The notes: generated from the sequence alone by a model not told the origin. Positions 36,520-47,457 are shown, numbered from the stretch's first letter. The stretch: DNA of 64,000 nt from Candidatus Blackburnbacteria bacterium (GCA_016183565.1 JACPEJ010000001.1:486479-550478); one strand, 5' to 3'. Made by a program: numbers and translations.

Positions 36520-37106
36520 GTCCTATTTTAATTGGCATAATTGTTGCTATAGTTTTGGTCGCAGGCTACGTCCTTCTAACTTACAATAATTTTGTCACTA
36601 CACGTGTTCGGATTAAGGCTTCTATTCAGGAAATTGGAAATCAGCTTAAACGTCAGGCTGGTTTGATACCGAATCTTGAATCATCTGCGAAGGCTTATCT
36701 TAAACACGAGAAAGATATTTTCGAAAAGCTGACCGAGGCAAGGAAGGCGGTTTTGAGTGCGCAAAAATCCGGAAGTATTGAGGATGCGGAGAAGGCTAGT
36801 CAATTAATTTCTGGTATTATTCCGAGTATTAGAATACTTGTTGAGAGCAATCCTGAGATGAAGGGTGCAGATGTTGTTAGGCAATTGATGGAGGAGTTGC
36901 GTGATACGGCGGATAAGATTATGTATTCAAGACGCACTTTAATTGATCTTGCGGCGGATTATAATAGCTTGCGTGTTCAGTTTCCATCAAGCTTGATTGC
37001 TAGTGCCTTTGGTTTCGGGGAGGAGAAGGGGTTGACAGTTGCGGAGTCGGGTGAGCATATTGAGGTAAGTGACAATGAGCTTAAGACGCCGAAGGTGAGT
37101 TTGTGA
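36516..37106 (+). CDS. lemA: LemA family protein
   Basis: Single N-terminal TM plus YNNFVTTRVRIKASIQEIGNQLKRQAGLIPNL is the LemA signature. Overlaps polX and htpX by 4 nt. Confidence 0.8.
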   Translation: MSPILIGIIVAIVLVAGYVLLTYNNFVTTRVRIKASIQEIGNQLKRQAGLIPNLESSAKAYLKHEKDIFEKLTEARKAVLSAQKSGSIEDAEKASQLISGIIPSIRILVESNPEMKGADVVRQLMEELRDTADKIMYSRRTLIDLAADYNSLRVQFPSSLIASAFGFGEEKGLTVAESGEHIEVSDNELKTPKVSL

Positions 37107-38011
37107 TGAAAAATATTACCAACGTTTATGAAGCTGTTGGTTGGAACAAAGCCAAAAGCACTTTGGTTATTGTGCTTTTTATTGCTTTTGTTGTTGGTGT
37201 GGTTTGGGTTTTTACTCAAGCGTTTGGTTATGGTCCTGAGCTGATAGGTAGTGCTCTAATTTTTTCGGGTTTGATGAGTTTTGCAAGCTATTGGTTTTCC
37301 GATAGAATAATTTTATCTATATCTGGGGCAAGGCCGGCAGACAGGAAGAGGGATTTTCATTTTTATACTGTTGCGGAGAATTTGGCCCTGGCTGCGGGTT
37401 TACCGAAGCCGAAATTGTATGTTATCGACGATTCTTCTCCTAATGCTTTTGCAACTGGTCGAGATCCGGGGCATGCTGTTGTTTGTGCGACGACAGGTTT
37501 GTTGGAAAAATTGGATCGGACCGAACTTGAGGGGGTTATTGGTCACGAGCTGTCTCATGTGGGCAATTACGATACGCGTTTAATGAGTATTGTGGCAATA
37601 CTTGCGGGCATTGTAGTGCTTTTGGCAGACTGGATGCTTCGTATGTCTTGGCATTCTGATGATGATCGGGATAATAAGGCTAGGGGTGTTTTGATGGTTG
37701 TTGCTATTCTTCTTGCGCTTCTTTCGCCTATTATTGCTCAGCTTATACAGCTTGCTATCTCAAGAAGGAGGGAGTTTCTGGCTGATGCTTCGTCGGCTAA
37801 ACTTACTCGTTTTCCGGAAGGATTGGCGAGGGCTCTTGTGAAAATTTCAGCGGATCGTGAACCTTTGGAGGCAGCGAACAAGGCTACTGCGCATCTTTAT
37901 ATAGTGAACCCTCTTAAAAATCGCCATGATGCAGTTGGTTGGTTTGCTGGACTTTTTAATACTCACCCACCTGTTGAGGAACGTATTAAAGCACTTCGCG
38001 CTATGGTTTAG
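37103..38011 (+). CDS. htpX: M48 zinc metalloprotease HtpX
   Basis: TM helices; HELSHV (HExxH); a downstream Glu; NTHPPVEERIKAL C-terminal motif. Confidence 0.85.
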   Translation: MMKNITNVYEAVGWNKAKSTLVIVLFIAFVVGVVWVFTQAFGYGPELIGSALIFSGLMSFASYWFSDRIILSISGARPADRKRDFHFYTVAENLALAAGLPKPKLYVIDDSSPNAFATGRDPGHAVVCATTGLLEKLDRTELEGVIGHELSHVGNYDTRLMSIVAILAGIVVLLADWMLRMSWHSDDDRDNKARGVLMVVAILLALLSPIIAQLIQLAISRRREFLADASSAKLTRFPEGLARALVKISADREPLEAANKATAHLYIVNPLKNRHDAVGWFAGLFNTHPPVEERIKALRAMV

Positions 38012-38066
38012 TCAGCTAGCACTTGTCTTGACAGAGTGCTAAACGGTATATTAATCTTTTTAAAGT

Positions 38067-40220
38067 ATGTCTAATGGACCAAGTGCTATCGAAGACTTTT
38101 TAAAACCCGTAAATTCCCAGGAGGCTATTGGAAAGTACACTGTAAACCTTACTCAGCTGGCTCGTGAGGGGAAGACTGATCCTGTTATTGGTCGTGATTC
38201 TGAGATCCGTCGGGTTATGCAGATACTTTCAAGGCGGACTAAAAATAATCCGGTTTTGATTGGGGATCCTGGTGTCGGAAAAACAGCTATAGTTGAGGGG
38301 CTTGCACAAAGGATTGTTTCTAATGAGGTTCCAACCACACTTGTAGACAGAGAGCTTCTGGTCTTGGATTTTGCGCTTCTTTTAGCCGGGGCTAAGTTTC
38401 GCGGGGAGTTTGAGGAGCGTTTGAAGGCTGTTATTAAGGGAGTTGAGGAGTCGAGCGGAAAATACATTATTTTTATTGATGAGCTTCATACGATAGTTGG
38501 TGGAGGTGCTGCAGAAGGTGCGACGGACGCTGCAAACATGCTTAAGCCTGCTTTGGCTCGTGGGACATTGAGGATGATCGGCGCAACTACGATTGAGGAG
38601 TACCGGAAGTATATAGAAAAAGATGCAGCTTTGGCTCGACGCTTTCAGCCGGTTTTGGTTGAGGAACCGACAGTTGGGGATACAATTACGATTCTTCGAG
38701 GAATAAAGGAACGGTATGAACTTCATCATGGGATAAGAATTACTGATGATGCACTGATTGCTGCGGCAAAATTTTCTGATCGTTATATAACTAATCGTTT
38801 TTTGCCGGACAAGGCAATAGATTTAGTTGATGAGGCAGCTTCGGCTATAAAAATTGAGACTGAAAGTAGGCCTGTGGAATTGGATACTATTAAGAGACGT
38901 TTGGTGCAACTTGAGATTGAGCAGGCTGCATTGAAGAAGGAGAAAGAGGCTACGGTGGAGAAGCGGAAGATACAGATACAGAAACAGATACAGGAGCTTA
39001 AGGATCAAATTGAAGTGTTGGAGAAAAGGTGGCAGGAGCAGAAAGATATTATTGCCAAAATACAAGAGGCTCGAGCGAAAATTGATAAATTGCGAGGTGA
39101 GCTTGAGCAAGCGGAAAGAAGTGTGGAGTTGGAGCGTGCAGCAGAGATAAAGTATGGCAAGCTTCCAGAGCTTGAGAAGCAGCTTGAACTTTACGAGAAA
39201 CAGTGGCGGGTAATACCAGAGGAGGAGCGAGTGTTGCGGGAGGAGGTAAGCGAGGAAGATATCGCGAAAGTTATTGCTCGCTGGACTGGGATTCCTGTAA
39301 CGAGACTTTTGGGGTCTGAGAGAGAACGTTTGGTAAATCTTGAGGATGAGCTTAGAAGAAGAGTTATCGGTCAGGATGAAGCCATAACAAAAGTAGCAGC
39401 AGCGATCCGTCGCTCTCGCGCGGGCTTGAGTCCGCAAAATCGTCCAATTGGCTCGTTTTTGTTTATTGGTCCGACTGGTGTAGGAAAGACAGAAATGGCT
39501 CGGGCATTGGCGGAGTTTTTGTTTAATGATGAACATGCGATTGTGAGGATTGATATGTCCGAGTATCAAGAAGCTCATACTGTGGCAAGACTTGTTGGTG
39601 CTCCCCCTGGGTATGTTGGGTTTGAGGAAGGTGGGCAATTGACTGAAGCAGTTAGGAGACGACCCTACTCTGTTGTGCTTTTTGACGAGATCGAGAAGGC
39701 TCATCCTCAGGTTTTTAATTTGTTTTTGCAAATTCTTGATGATGGTAGGTTGACTGATAGCAAGGGGGTAACTGTGGATTTTAGGAACGCGATAATTATT
39801 ATGACTAGTAATTTGGGTAGTGATATTATACGGGAGGGGTTTAGCGCAAAACGGGAAAATGTTGAGAAGAAGATTTGGGAGCTTCTACATATGACCTTTA
39901 GGCCTGAGTTTTTAAATAGGCTCGATAATGTTGTATTCTTCAATCCCCTTTCTCCTGAAGTTATTTGGGATATTGCAAAAATTCAACTTGAGCAGGTGAA
40001 GAATACTTTTTTTGAGAAGGGTATTGAGTTGATGGTGGATAACGATTTGGTGTCTTATTTTGCCAAGAAGGGTTATGACCCGGTTTTTGGCGCAAGGCCT
40101 TTGCGACGAGCTATTGAACAAGAGCTTTTGGATGAGATAGCTCTGCAGATTATTGAGGAAAAGGTTAAGGCTGGAGAGAGTGTTACTCCTCAAGTTAAGG
40201 ATGGTAGGCTTGTTTTTTGA
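38067..40220 (+). CDS. clpB: ClpB-type AAA+ chaperone lacking the N-terminal domain
   Basis: Two AAA modules (GDPGVGKT; GPTGVGKT). A long coiled-coil M-domain between them. VIGQDEA, and a C-terminal D2-small domain. Only 717 aa, starting directly at NBD1. Confidence 0.8.
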   Translation: MSNGPSAIEDFLKPVNSQEAIGKYTVNLTQLAREGKTDPVIGRDSEIRRVMQILSRRTKNNPVLIGDPGVGKTAIVEGLAQRIVSNEVPTTLVDRELLVLDFALLLAGAKFRGEFEERLKAVIKGVEESSGKYIIFIDELHTIVGGGAAEGATDAANMLKPALARGTLRMIGATTIEEYRKYIEKDAALARRFQPVLVEEPTVGDTITILRGIKERYELHHGIRITDDALIAAAKFSDRYITNRFLPDKAIDLVDEAASAIKIETESRPVELDTIKRRLVQLEIEQAALKKEKEATVEKRKIQIQKQIQELKDQIEVLEKRWQEQKDIIAKIQEARAKIDKLRGELEQAERSVELERAAEIKYGKLPELEKQLELYEKQWRVIPEEERVLREEVSEEDIAKVIARWTGIPVTRLLGSERERLVNLEDELRRRVIGQDEAITKVAAAIRRSRAGLSPQNRPIGSFLFIGPTGVGKTEMARALAEFLFNDEHAIVRIDMSEYQEAHTVARLVGAPPGYVGFEEGGQLTEAVRRRPYSVVLFDEIEKAHPQVFNLFLQILDDGRLTDSKGVTVDFRNAIIIMTSNLGSDIIREGFSAKRENVEKKIWELLHMTFRPEFLNRLDNVVFFNPLSPEVIWDIAKIQLEQVKNTFFEKGIELMVDNDLVSYFAKKGYDPVFGARPLRRAIEQELLDEIALQIIEEKVKAGESVTPQVKDGRLVF

Positions 40221-40339
40221 TCTGGGGCTTCAGGTTTTAAATCCCATAGCCTTGACTTTTGGTGGTTTTTCTGTTACAGTTTTAATACTTCAGAAGGAGA
40301 TTTAGATTTTCCCAAAGATTAGTTAATTTTAGTTGGAAA

Positions 40340-40640
40340 TCTGCCTAATTTTTAATCTGGAGATACCATCCTAGCGCGCTATGATGGTGCACATTGAAAG
40401 ATTCCCGAGGTGTCGTATCTTTCTTTTTACTTGCCGGCAGCGTTTTGGGTATTTGCTCCCTTCAAGTGCTTGAAACGCTGCCTTAAGGCAAGCAAGAGAT
40501 AGGAGGAGAACGTGGCCAAGTGGTTGGTACGTGGGTGCAAACGATGGAGAGGAGCGGCCACTCCCGAGGTGTAGCTTGGCCCCTGGAGGGTTTTTCAAGT
40601 TTGGCTTGATAACCTTCCGGGGGATTTTTTTGGCAAAAGT
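40340..40640. ncRNA. Candidate structured non-coding RNA region (elevated GC, multiple hairpins) between clpB and gatC
   Basis: ccatcctagcgcgctatgatgg hairpin; ggcagcgttt...aaacgctgcc 10-bp stem; repeated tcccgaggtgt motif. No convincing ORF. Identity not established. Confidence 0.25.
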
Positions 40641-40674
40641 TAGCAAGTTTGTGATATAGTTTGATTTGATGACA

Positions 40675-40764
40675 GATACAACTCGTTTCAAAACTCACGC
40701 GTTAGCTTCCGCTAACTTGTGTAAAGGTGAGATTGGAGAAGCTGTTTTGAAACAGCTTCATAAA
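40675..40764 (+). repeat. Copy B of the structured repeat element, in the gatC leader (variant central segment)
   Basis: gatacaactcgtttcaaaactc...gagattggagaagctgttttgaaacagcttcataaag. The central part is replaced by the gttagcttccgctaac hairpin. Confidence 0.55.
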
Positions 40765-40773
40765 GTTGGTTTG

Positions 40774-41064
40774 ACTCCAGAGTTGGTTCGTAAGATTGCA
40801 GGTCTTGCAAATCTTCAGTTGACTGTGGATGAAGAGAAGCTTTATGCACCACAGCTTTCTTCGATATTGGATTATGTGGAGCAATTATCTTCGGTTGATA
40901 CCTTGGCCGTAGAGCCTACTTTTAGTGTAAGAGATCTAAAAAATGTGATGCGGGAAGATGTAGCTTCCTCGGAAGTTGAGCTATCTCAGGAGGAAGCGTT
41001 GAAGGGTGCACTGGCTGTAGAAGGGGGAATGTTTAAGGTGGAGGTAGGGAATAAAGAATCATGA
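40774..41064 (+). CDS. gatC: Asp/Glu-tRNA amidotransferase subunit C (probable TTG start)
   Basis: LTPELVRKIAGLANLQLTVDEEKLYAPQLSSILDYVEQL matches GatC. Directly upstream of gatA. Confidence 0.65.
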   Translation, partial: TPELVRKIAGLANLQLTVDEEKLYAPQLSSILDYVEQLSSVDTLAVEPTFSVRDLKNVMREDVASSEVELSQEEALKGALAVEGGMFKVEVGNKES

Positions 41065-41081
41065 ATAATGAATCGTGAATT

Positions 41082-42455
41082 ATGGAAGAACTAACTAAAC
41101 TTACCCTTGTGGAAACACTAGAAGGATTAGAGGATAAGAAATTTTCTACAGAGGAGCTTTGTGTTGCATATACCCAGAGGATTGGAGAGCTTGACTCTAA
41201 ACTTAATGCTTTTTTGACTGTGAACGAGGAATGTGGGGGAATTCCGGTGGCGGTGAAGGATATAATAGTTACGAAAGGTATAAAAACTACTGCCGGTTCG
41301 AAGATTTTGGAGACTTTTATTCCTCCTTATAATGCTACTGTTATCGAGAGACTTTTTGACAAAGGCGTTGGGGTAATCGGGAAAACTAATTGTGACGAGT
41401 TCGCTATGGGTTCTTCTGGAGAAAATTCCGCTTATGGCTGTACTCGCAATCCGTGGGATTTAGAGCGAGTTCCTGGAGGTTCCTCAAGTGGGTCTGCTGC
41501 CGCGGTTGCTGCTAACTTGTGTGTTTTTGCACTTGGTACAGATACTGGAGGTTCGGTAAGGCAACCTGCTTCTTTGTGTGGTGTTGTGGGATTTAAGCCT
41601 ACGTATGGTCTAGTGTCGCGATATGGTTTGATTGCCTATGGAAGTTCACTTGATTGCGTTGGTTCGATAACAAAATCAGTTGAAGATGCTGCAACGGTTT
41701 TAGAATGGATAAGTGGACCAGACGGAAAAGACTCTAATTGTAGCCAACAGTTTAAACTCGATCGGACAAAGCTAAAATCAGGGGTCAAGGGCTTGATAGT
41801 TGGTATTCCAGGGGAATATTTTAGTCAAGGGCTAGATAAGAAGGTTAAAGAAGTTATAAAAACCTCTATTAGAAAGCTTGAGGCGTTAGGATGTAAAACT
41901 GTTGAGGTAGAATTGGCCCATACAAAGTACGCAATTGCTACTTATTATATAATTGCAACTTCGGAGGCTTCAGCAAACCTTTCTAGATATGACGGTATAA
42001 GATTTGGTGGTGCCCGTGATTTATTTGGACAAGAAGTAAAGCGTCGAATTATGCTTGGAACCTTTTCTTTGTCTGTTGGTTATTATGACGATTATTATGC
42101 GAAAGCAGCAAGAGTTAGGACGCTTATAAAGCAAGACTTTGAAAAGGTTTTTGAAAGGTGTGATGTAATTGTTGGTCCAGTTTCTCCAACTACTGCATGG
42201 AAACTTGGTGAGAAACTAAATGACCCCCTTTCAATGTACTTATCTGATATTTACACAGTTACTGCGAATTTGGCAGGTCTTCCTGGGCTTTCAGTGCCAT
42301 GTGGTTTTGCGGACAACTTACCCGTGGGTTTACAAATTTTGGGGCCAAGGTTTAGTGAAGAGAAGATTTTGAGAGTTGGATATGTTTGTGAGCAGGTGGG
42401 GGGGAGAAAGCTTCGTCCCGATGTGCAAAGCTATTCCACATCGGGAGTGGAATAG
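41082..42455 (+). CDS. gatA: Asp/Glu-tRNA amidotransferase subunit A (amidase signature)
   Basis: GGSSSGSAAAVAA amidase signature. KDIIVTKGIKTTAGSKIL. 457 aa. Confidence 0.9.
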   Translation: MEELTKLTLVETLEGLEDKKFSTEELCVAYTQRIGELDSKLNAFLTVNEECGGIPVAVKDIIVTKGIKTTAGSKILETFIPPYNATVIERLFDKGVGVIGKTNCDEFAMGSSGENSAYGCTRNPWDLERVPGGSSSGSAAAVAANLCVFALGTDTGGSVRQPASLCGVVGFKPTYGLVSRYGLIAYGSSLDCVGSITKSVEDAATVLEWISGPDGKDSNCSQQFKLDRTKLKSGVKGLIVGIPGEYFSQGLDKKVKEVIKTSIRKLEALGCKTVEVELAHTKYAIATYYIIATSEASANLSRYDGIRFGGARDLFGQEVKRRIMLGTFSLSVGYYDDYYAKAARVRTLIKQDFEKVFERCDVIVGPVSPTTAWKLGEKLNDPLSMYLSDIYTVTANLAGLPGLSVPCGFADNLPVGLQILGPRFSEEKILRVGYVCEQVGGRKLRPDVQSYSTSGVE

Positions 42456-42480
42456 ACCCATCGGGAGTGGAATAGACCCA
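42441..42480. repeat. Perfect 20-bp tandem duplication (tcgggagtggaatagaccca x2) at the gatA/gatB junction
   Basis: The first copy encodes the gatA C-terminus and stop. The second copy supplies the gatB upstream region and ATG. Confidence 0.7.
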
Positions 42481-43868
42481 TGAAGACTCGACAACGACAA
42501 CACGAACCAGTAATCGGTCTTGAGGTGCACGTGGAGTTGAATACAGAATCTAAGATGTTCTGTTCTAACTCGACGCAATATTTTGGGCAAACGCCAAATA
42601 TTCATACATGCCCGGTTTGTTTAGGCTTCCCCGGAGCTTTGCCGTATACAAACAAGAAAGCCATTGAGTATTGTATAAAGATTGGTCTTGCCTTGGGTTG
42701 CGAGATTGCAGAAGAAACCGTATTTGAACGCAAGAATTATTTTTATTCTGATTTGCCAAAGGGGTATCAGATTTCTCAATATCGTTGGCCATTATGCAGA
42801 GGTGGAAGGATGGTGGTTAAAAACAAGGTAGGAGAAGAAAGGGAAATAAGGGTAAACAGGGTTCATATGGAGGAGGATACGGCGAAATTGGTGCACCAGT
42901 TTGGAATTTCCAATTCAAAAGGAGCTACGCTGATAGATTTTAATCGATCTGGTGTGCCGTTGGTGGAAATTGTGACCGAGCCGGATTTTAGGGATTTGGC
43001 TGAAATTAGAGATTATGCCAAGAAACTTCAGCAGGTTATGCGGTATCTCGGTGTTTCAAACGCGGACATGGAGAAAGGGGATATGAGACTAGAGGCGAAC
43101 GTATCCGTTCGCCAAGTTCAAAGTTCAAAGTTCAAAGTTCAAAATGAATTACCAAAATACAGAATTGAATTGAAGAATATTAACAGTTTTAGGTTTATGG
43201 TGGCGGCTGTTCAATATGAGATAGAAAGGCAGATTGAAGCTCTAGAGAAAGGAGAGAAGCTTGTGCAGGAGACAAGGGGTTGGGATGAAAATAATAGGAG
43301 AACATATGTGCAGCGGGTCAAGGAGGAGGCCACTGATTATAGATATTTTCCTGAGCCGGATATACCCCCCATAGAAATAGATAAAGATATAGAAACAGAG
43401 TTGAGAAGGCAGATGCCGGAGCTGCCTTGGGAGAAAACAGAAAGGCTAATCCAAGAATACAGTCTAAGTTCAAGCCAGGCGAGGGTTTTGTCTGAGACAC
43501 AAGAGTTTGCAGATTACTTTGAAGAGGCTGTGAAAGTGGTTAACAGTCTAAGTCTAAGTCTAAGTCTAAGTCTAAGTCCGGTCAGAATTGCCAATGTTTT
43601 AATTAACAAGAAGTTTGATCGAGAGCAAGTTTTACCAGCCAGGTTTGTGGAGATGATACGAGAAGAGGAAGATCGGCCTGGTGTTTCTTCGGAGGAATTG
43701 GAAGGAGCTGTGCATAGTGTGATAGCTGAAAATACTAAGGCAGTTGCGGATTACCGAAAGGGCAAAGAAGCGTCGTTACAGTTTCTCTTGGGACAGGTTA
43801 TGGCAAAGACTCGAGGACAATCTAATCCTGTAGCGATACGAGAAGCATTATTGAGGAATTTGCGGTAG
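42480..43868 (+). CDS. gatB: Asp/Glu-tRNA amidotransferase subunit B
   Basis: VIGLEVHVELNTESKMFC, CPVCLGFPGALP, the C-terminal GatB/YqeY domain. Contains in-frame repeats (SLSLSLSLSLSL; QVQSSKFKVQ). Confidence 0.9.
   Translation: MKTRQRQHEPVIGLEVHVELNTESKMFCSNSTQYFGQTPNIHTCPVCLGFPGALPYTNKKAIEYCIKIGLALGCEIAEETVFERKNYFYSDLPKGYQISQYRWPLCRGGRMVVKNKVGEEREIRVNRVHMEEDTAKLVHQFGISNSKGATLIDFNRSGVPLVEIVTEPDFRDLAEIRDYAKKLQQVMRYLGVSNADMEKGDMRLEANVSVRQVQSSKFKVQNELPKYRIELKNINSFRFMVAAVQYEIERQIEALEKGEKLVQETRGWDENNRRTYVQRVKEEATDYRYFPEPDIPPIEIDKDIETELRRQMPELPWEKTERLIQEYSLSSSQARVLSETQEFADYFEEAVKVVNSLSLSLSLSLSPVRIANVLINKKFDREQVLPARFVEMIREEEDRPGVSSEELEGAVHSVIAENTKAVADYRKGKEASLQFLLGQVMAKTRGQSNPVAIREALLRNLR
43114..43143. 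repeat. 7-bp tandem repeat (aagttca x4) inside gatB
   Basis: Direct reading: gccaagttcaaagttcaaagttcaaagttcaaaatg. Confidence 0.6.
43565..43598. repeat. 6-bp tandem repeat (agtcta x5.5) inside gatB encoding (SL)6
   Basis: Direct reading. Confidence 0.65.
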
Positions 43869-43900
43869 CGTATTTTGCGTGAAAAGAGTAAAATGTTTGC

Positions 43901-46900
43901 ATGTTGGATGGTCGTTTTGTGCATCTTCATGTTCACTCAGAGTATTCACTTCTTGACGGCTTTGGGAAGCCAAAAAACATTATAAAACGGGCTTCTGAAT
44001 TAGGCCAGAAGGCTATTGCAATAACTGATCATGGAACAATGTATGGTGCTGTTGAATTTTATAAGGCTGGGCTTGAGATGGGCGTGAAACCTATTGTTGG
44101 GGTTGAGGCCTACATAACCAATCAAGATCATAAACTACGTGGCAAAGATCAAAAAATAGAAACATTCCACGTCATTCTTTTAGCTTGCAATGAAGAAGGT
44201 TATCGGAACCTTATGAAATTGACGAGTATTGCGCATTTGGAAGGCTATTACTATAAACCAAAGGTTGATAAGGAGACCTTAAAAAAATATTCAAAAGGGA
44301 TTATTGCTTGCTCGGGTTGTACCTTGGGTGAGCTTTCGCAGCTTTTAATAGCGGAGGATTGGAAGAAAGTTCGTGAAATAGCTCGCTGGTACCAAGATGT
44401 TTTTGGTGAGAACTACTATTTGGAGATACAAAGACATGAGTATGAGAGGTTTATTCCAAGTGCTTTGAATGCTGATATTAAAAATGATCTTGAGAAAATG
44501 GTTAGGAATGAAAAGATTGTTAATGAGGGGGTTATAAAACTCTCAAGAGAAATTGGGGTTCCGATTGTTGCTACAAATGATGCACATTATATAAGGCAAG
44601 AGGATGCGGTAGCACAGGATGTTTTGGTTTGTGTTGCTACAGGCAAGTTTGTGACGGACACTAAAAGGATTAGATACATAGACACCCAGACTTTTTATAT
44701 AAGACCAACTGAGGAGATGGAGGCTTTGTTTGTGGATCTTCCTGAGGCTATTGAAAATACGACGAAACTTGCTGAGAAATGTAACCTTGAGATATCAACA
44801 TACGGGAAGTGGTTTTTCCCAAAATTCAGTTTACCTCACGGTAAGACTGCTGAGGAGCATTTGCATGACATGGTTTATGAAAAAATATCTGAGACATACC
44901 CGGATGCGAGCAAGGAAATATACGAAAGAGCTGATTACGAGCTCAGTATTATTTCTCAAAAGGGTTACGCGCCGTACTTTCTTATTGTTGCTGATTTTGC
45001 GCAATGGGCAGGAGAAGTAGGCATTATTACAAACACTCGAGGTTCTACAGCTGGTTCAATAGTTTCTTATATAGTTGGGATTACAACTGTTGATCCTATA
45101 AAGTATTATTTACCATTTGAACGCTTCTTAAATCCCTACAGGCCTTCTCCGCCTGATATTGACTTTGATGTTGCAGATTGCAAACGTGATGAGGTTATTG
45201 GCTATATAACTTCGCGTTATGGTAAAGAAAGTGTTGCTCAAATTTGTACGTTTGGGCGAATGCTGGCTCGATCTTCGGTAAGGGATGTTGCGCGTGTTTT
45301 AGGATTGCCTTATGCAACCGGAGATAGGATTGCAAAAGTAATCCCGCCGCCTAAGCAAGGGTTTCCTATTGATGTTCCTAGGGCTTTGGAGATGTCACCA
45401 CCTTTGAAGGAGCTTTATGATAATGATCCTGAGGCGAAGAAGATCTTGGATATTGCGCACTCGCTTGAGGGAAGCGCAAGGCACATATCAGTACACGCGG
45501 CAGGGGTTGTTGTTGCTCCTTCGGATTTGACGGATTTTACCCCACTTCAGTATGAGCCATCTGGGACAAAAACTATTACACAGTATGAGATGCATGCTTG
45601 TGAAGAAGTGGGGCTTATAAAGTTTGACATACTGGGGATAACAAATTTGTCAATTCTTGGATCTGCAGTTCAGCTTGTCAAAGAAACTCGAAATATTAAG
45701 ATTGATTTAAGAAATATTCCTTTGGATGACAAGAAAACTTTTGAGATGTTGAGCCGTGGGGAGACAATGGGGGTTTTCCAGATGGGTTCTAGTGGTATGA
45801 CGAAATATATTAAGGAGTTGCGGCCGACTTGTATTGAGGACTTGATGGCGATGGTTGCTCTTTATCGGCCTGGTCCGATAGCGGTTATTCCTGAATACAT
45901 TGAGAGGAAACATTCTGGTAAAAAAATAAAGTATTTGGATCCGAGAATGGAGAAGTTTTTAGATAAGTCGTTTGGTCTTTTGGTTTATCAAGACGATCTT
46001 CTTTTCTGCGCGTTGGATCTTGCAGGTTATACATGGGAGGAGGCGGATAAATTTAGGAAAGCTGTTGGCAAGAAGATTCCGGAGGAAATGGCTGCCCAGA
46101 AGGAGAAGCTGATAAAGGGTATTGTTGAGCATGGGCAGACTCCCGAGTTTGCAGAGATGTTGTGGAAACTTTTTGAACCTTTCCAGGCATATGGGTTTAA
46201 CAAAGCGCATGCTGCTTCGTATGGTATGGTTGCGTATCAAACGGCTTATATGAAAGCTAATTTTCCGGTTGAATATATGTGTGCGCTTTTGACTTCGGAA
46301 TCTAATAATACTGAAAAAGTTGCGTTGGGGGTTGGTGAGGCGAAGCGGATGGGTATTAGTGTTTTGCCTCCGAGTATTAATGAAAGCGGTATTGGTTTTA
46401 CAATAGTGCCTCAGAAGGATTCGTTAGGGGAGCGTGGAATTCGCTTTGGTTTGTCTGCGATTAAGAATGTTGGCGGTGCGGCTATTGAGGCAATTTTGAC
46501 AAGTCGCGAGAAAGATGGGGCGTTTCGTTCGTTTTCTGATTTCTGTAGTAGAGTAGATAGTCGGCGAGTTAATAAAAAAGTTCTTGAAAGTCTTATAAAA
46601 GCAGGGGGATTTGATTCTTTTGGGAATCGTGCCAGTCTTCTTGCCGGAATTGATCAGATAAGGGAACAGGTACTTAAGGCGGCGGCGGCTTCCTTAAGCG
46701 GGCAAGGTGGGTTGTTTGATGATTCAGAAGAAGAAAAGGACACACCCCCTTATTTGGTTGATAATCTACCAAATGTTGAAGATTTTTCGCGGGAAGAGAA
46801 GTTGGCTTTAGAGAAACAGTTGCTGGGTCTTTATTTGACTGAACACCCATTGACTGCTTCACTTTCCGCTTTATTTGATCGAATTACTCACAAAATTGCG

Positions 46901-47440
46901 GAGCTTTCAAGTGATGAACATGTGGGTCAAATTGTAAAGGTTGGTGGGATTATAATAAGCTGCCGTGTGGTTACTACAAAAAATAGCGGCAAGCAAATGT
47001 GTTTTGCAACTATAGAGGATGATACTGGATCTTTGGATCTTGTGGTTTTTCCGCAGGCGTATGAGAAGACGCGCGTTCACTGGGAAGGTGGGGAACCTTT
47101 GGTTATAGAAGGGAAGGTTGAACATCGGGAGGAAGCATTGTCGCTTATTGTAGAGCAAGTAAAAACATTAAGTGAGGCCCTGCCTATTGAGGGTCTTGAG
47201 AATTCCTTGAGGAATTCGAGGGTGCTGGGATTGAGTGAACCTGTTGTGTTAAGAATCCCTCGGGGGATAAGGTCATCCGTTTTGTTGGAACTTAATCAAC
47301 TTTTGCAATCGAACAAGGGTGATCAGGACTTAACAATTGTTGTTGAGAATGGGTTTGGAGAGAAGAGGATAAAGTTGCCGTATGGAGTGGCGTGGAATAG
47401 AGAGCTTGAGCAGAGGATAAAGAGTTTGCTTTCCAATTAA
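43901..47440 (+). CDS. dnaE: DNA polymerase III alpha subunit
   Basis: N-terminal PHP domain ([17 protein letters not shown]...[14 protein letters not shown]), polymerase core, an OB-fold near the C-terminus. 1179 aa. Confidence 0.9.
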   Translation: MLDGRFVHLHVHSEYSLLDGFGKPKNIIKRASELGQKAIAITDHGTMYGAVEFYKAGLEMGVKPIVGVEAYITNQDHKLRGKDQKIETFHVILLACNEEGYRNLMKLTSIAHLEGYYYKPKVDKETLKKYSKGIIACSGCTLGELSQLLIAEDWKKVREIARWYQDVFGENYYLEIQRHEYERFIPSALNADIKNDLEKMVRNEKIVNEGVIKLSREIGVPIVATNDAHYIRQEDAVAQDVLVCVATGKFVTDTKRIRYIDTQTFYIRPTEEMEALFVDLPEAIENTTKLAEKCNLEISTYGKWFFPKFSLPHGKTAEEHLHDMVYEKISETYPDASKEIYERADYELSIISQKGYAPYFLIVADFAQWAGEVGIITNTRGSTAGSIVSYIVGITTVDPIKYYLPFERFLNPYRPSPPDIDFDVADCKRDEVIGYITSRYGKESVAQICTFGRMLARSSVRDVARVLGLPYATGDRIAKVIPPPKQGFPIDVPRALEMSPPLKELYDNDPEAKKILDIAHSLEGSARHISVHAAGVVVAPSDLTDFTPLQYEPSGTKTITQYEMHACEEVGLIKFDILGITNLSILGSAVQLVKETRNIKIDLRNIPLDDKKTFEMLSRGETMGVFQMGSSGMTKYIKELRPTCIEDLMAMVALYRPGPIAVIPEYIERKHSGKKIKYLDPRMEKFLDKSFGLLVYQDDLLFCALDLAGYTWEEADKFRKAVGKKIPEEMAAQKEKLIKGIVEHGQTPEFAEMLWKLFEPFQAYGFNKAHAASYGMVAYQTAYMKANFPVEYMCALLTSESNNTEKVALGVGEAKRMGISVLPPSINESGIGFTIVPQKDSLGERGIRFGLSAIKNVGGAAIEAILTSREKDGAFRSFSDFCSRVDSRRVNKKVLESLIKAGGFDSFGNRASLLAGIDQIREQVLKAAAASLSGQGGLFDDSEEEKDTPPYLVDNLPNVEDFSREEKLALEKQLLGLYLTEHPLTASLSALFDRITHKIAELSSDEHVGQIVKVGGIIISCRVVTTKNSGKQMCFATIEDDTGSLDLVVFPQAYEKTRVHWEGGEPLVIEGKVEHREEALSLIVEQVKTLSEALPIEGLENSLRNSRVLGLSEPVVLRIPRGIRSSVLLELNQLLQSNKGDQDLTIVVENGFGEKRIKLPYGVAWNRELEQRIKSLLSN

Positions 47441-47457
47441 TTTTCAATGTTACAATT

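Noticed and set aside
38823-39731. 302-aa minus-strand ORF inside clpB
   Set aside because: It is antisense to the ClpB M-domain coiled-coil region (repetitive codons). Leu/Phe-rich low complexity with no motif.
40340-40640. Assignment of the clpB-gatC gap to SRP RNA, RNase P RNA, tmRNA or 6S RNA
   Set aside because: None of the hallmark motifs I recall for these RNAs could be found by eye. I keep it only as an unnamed candidate ncRNA.
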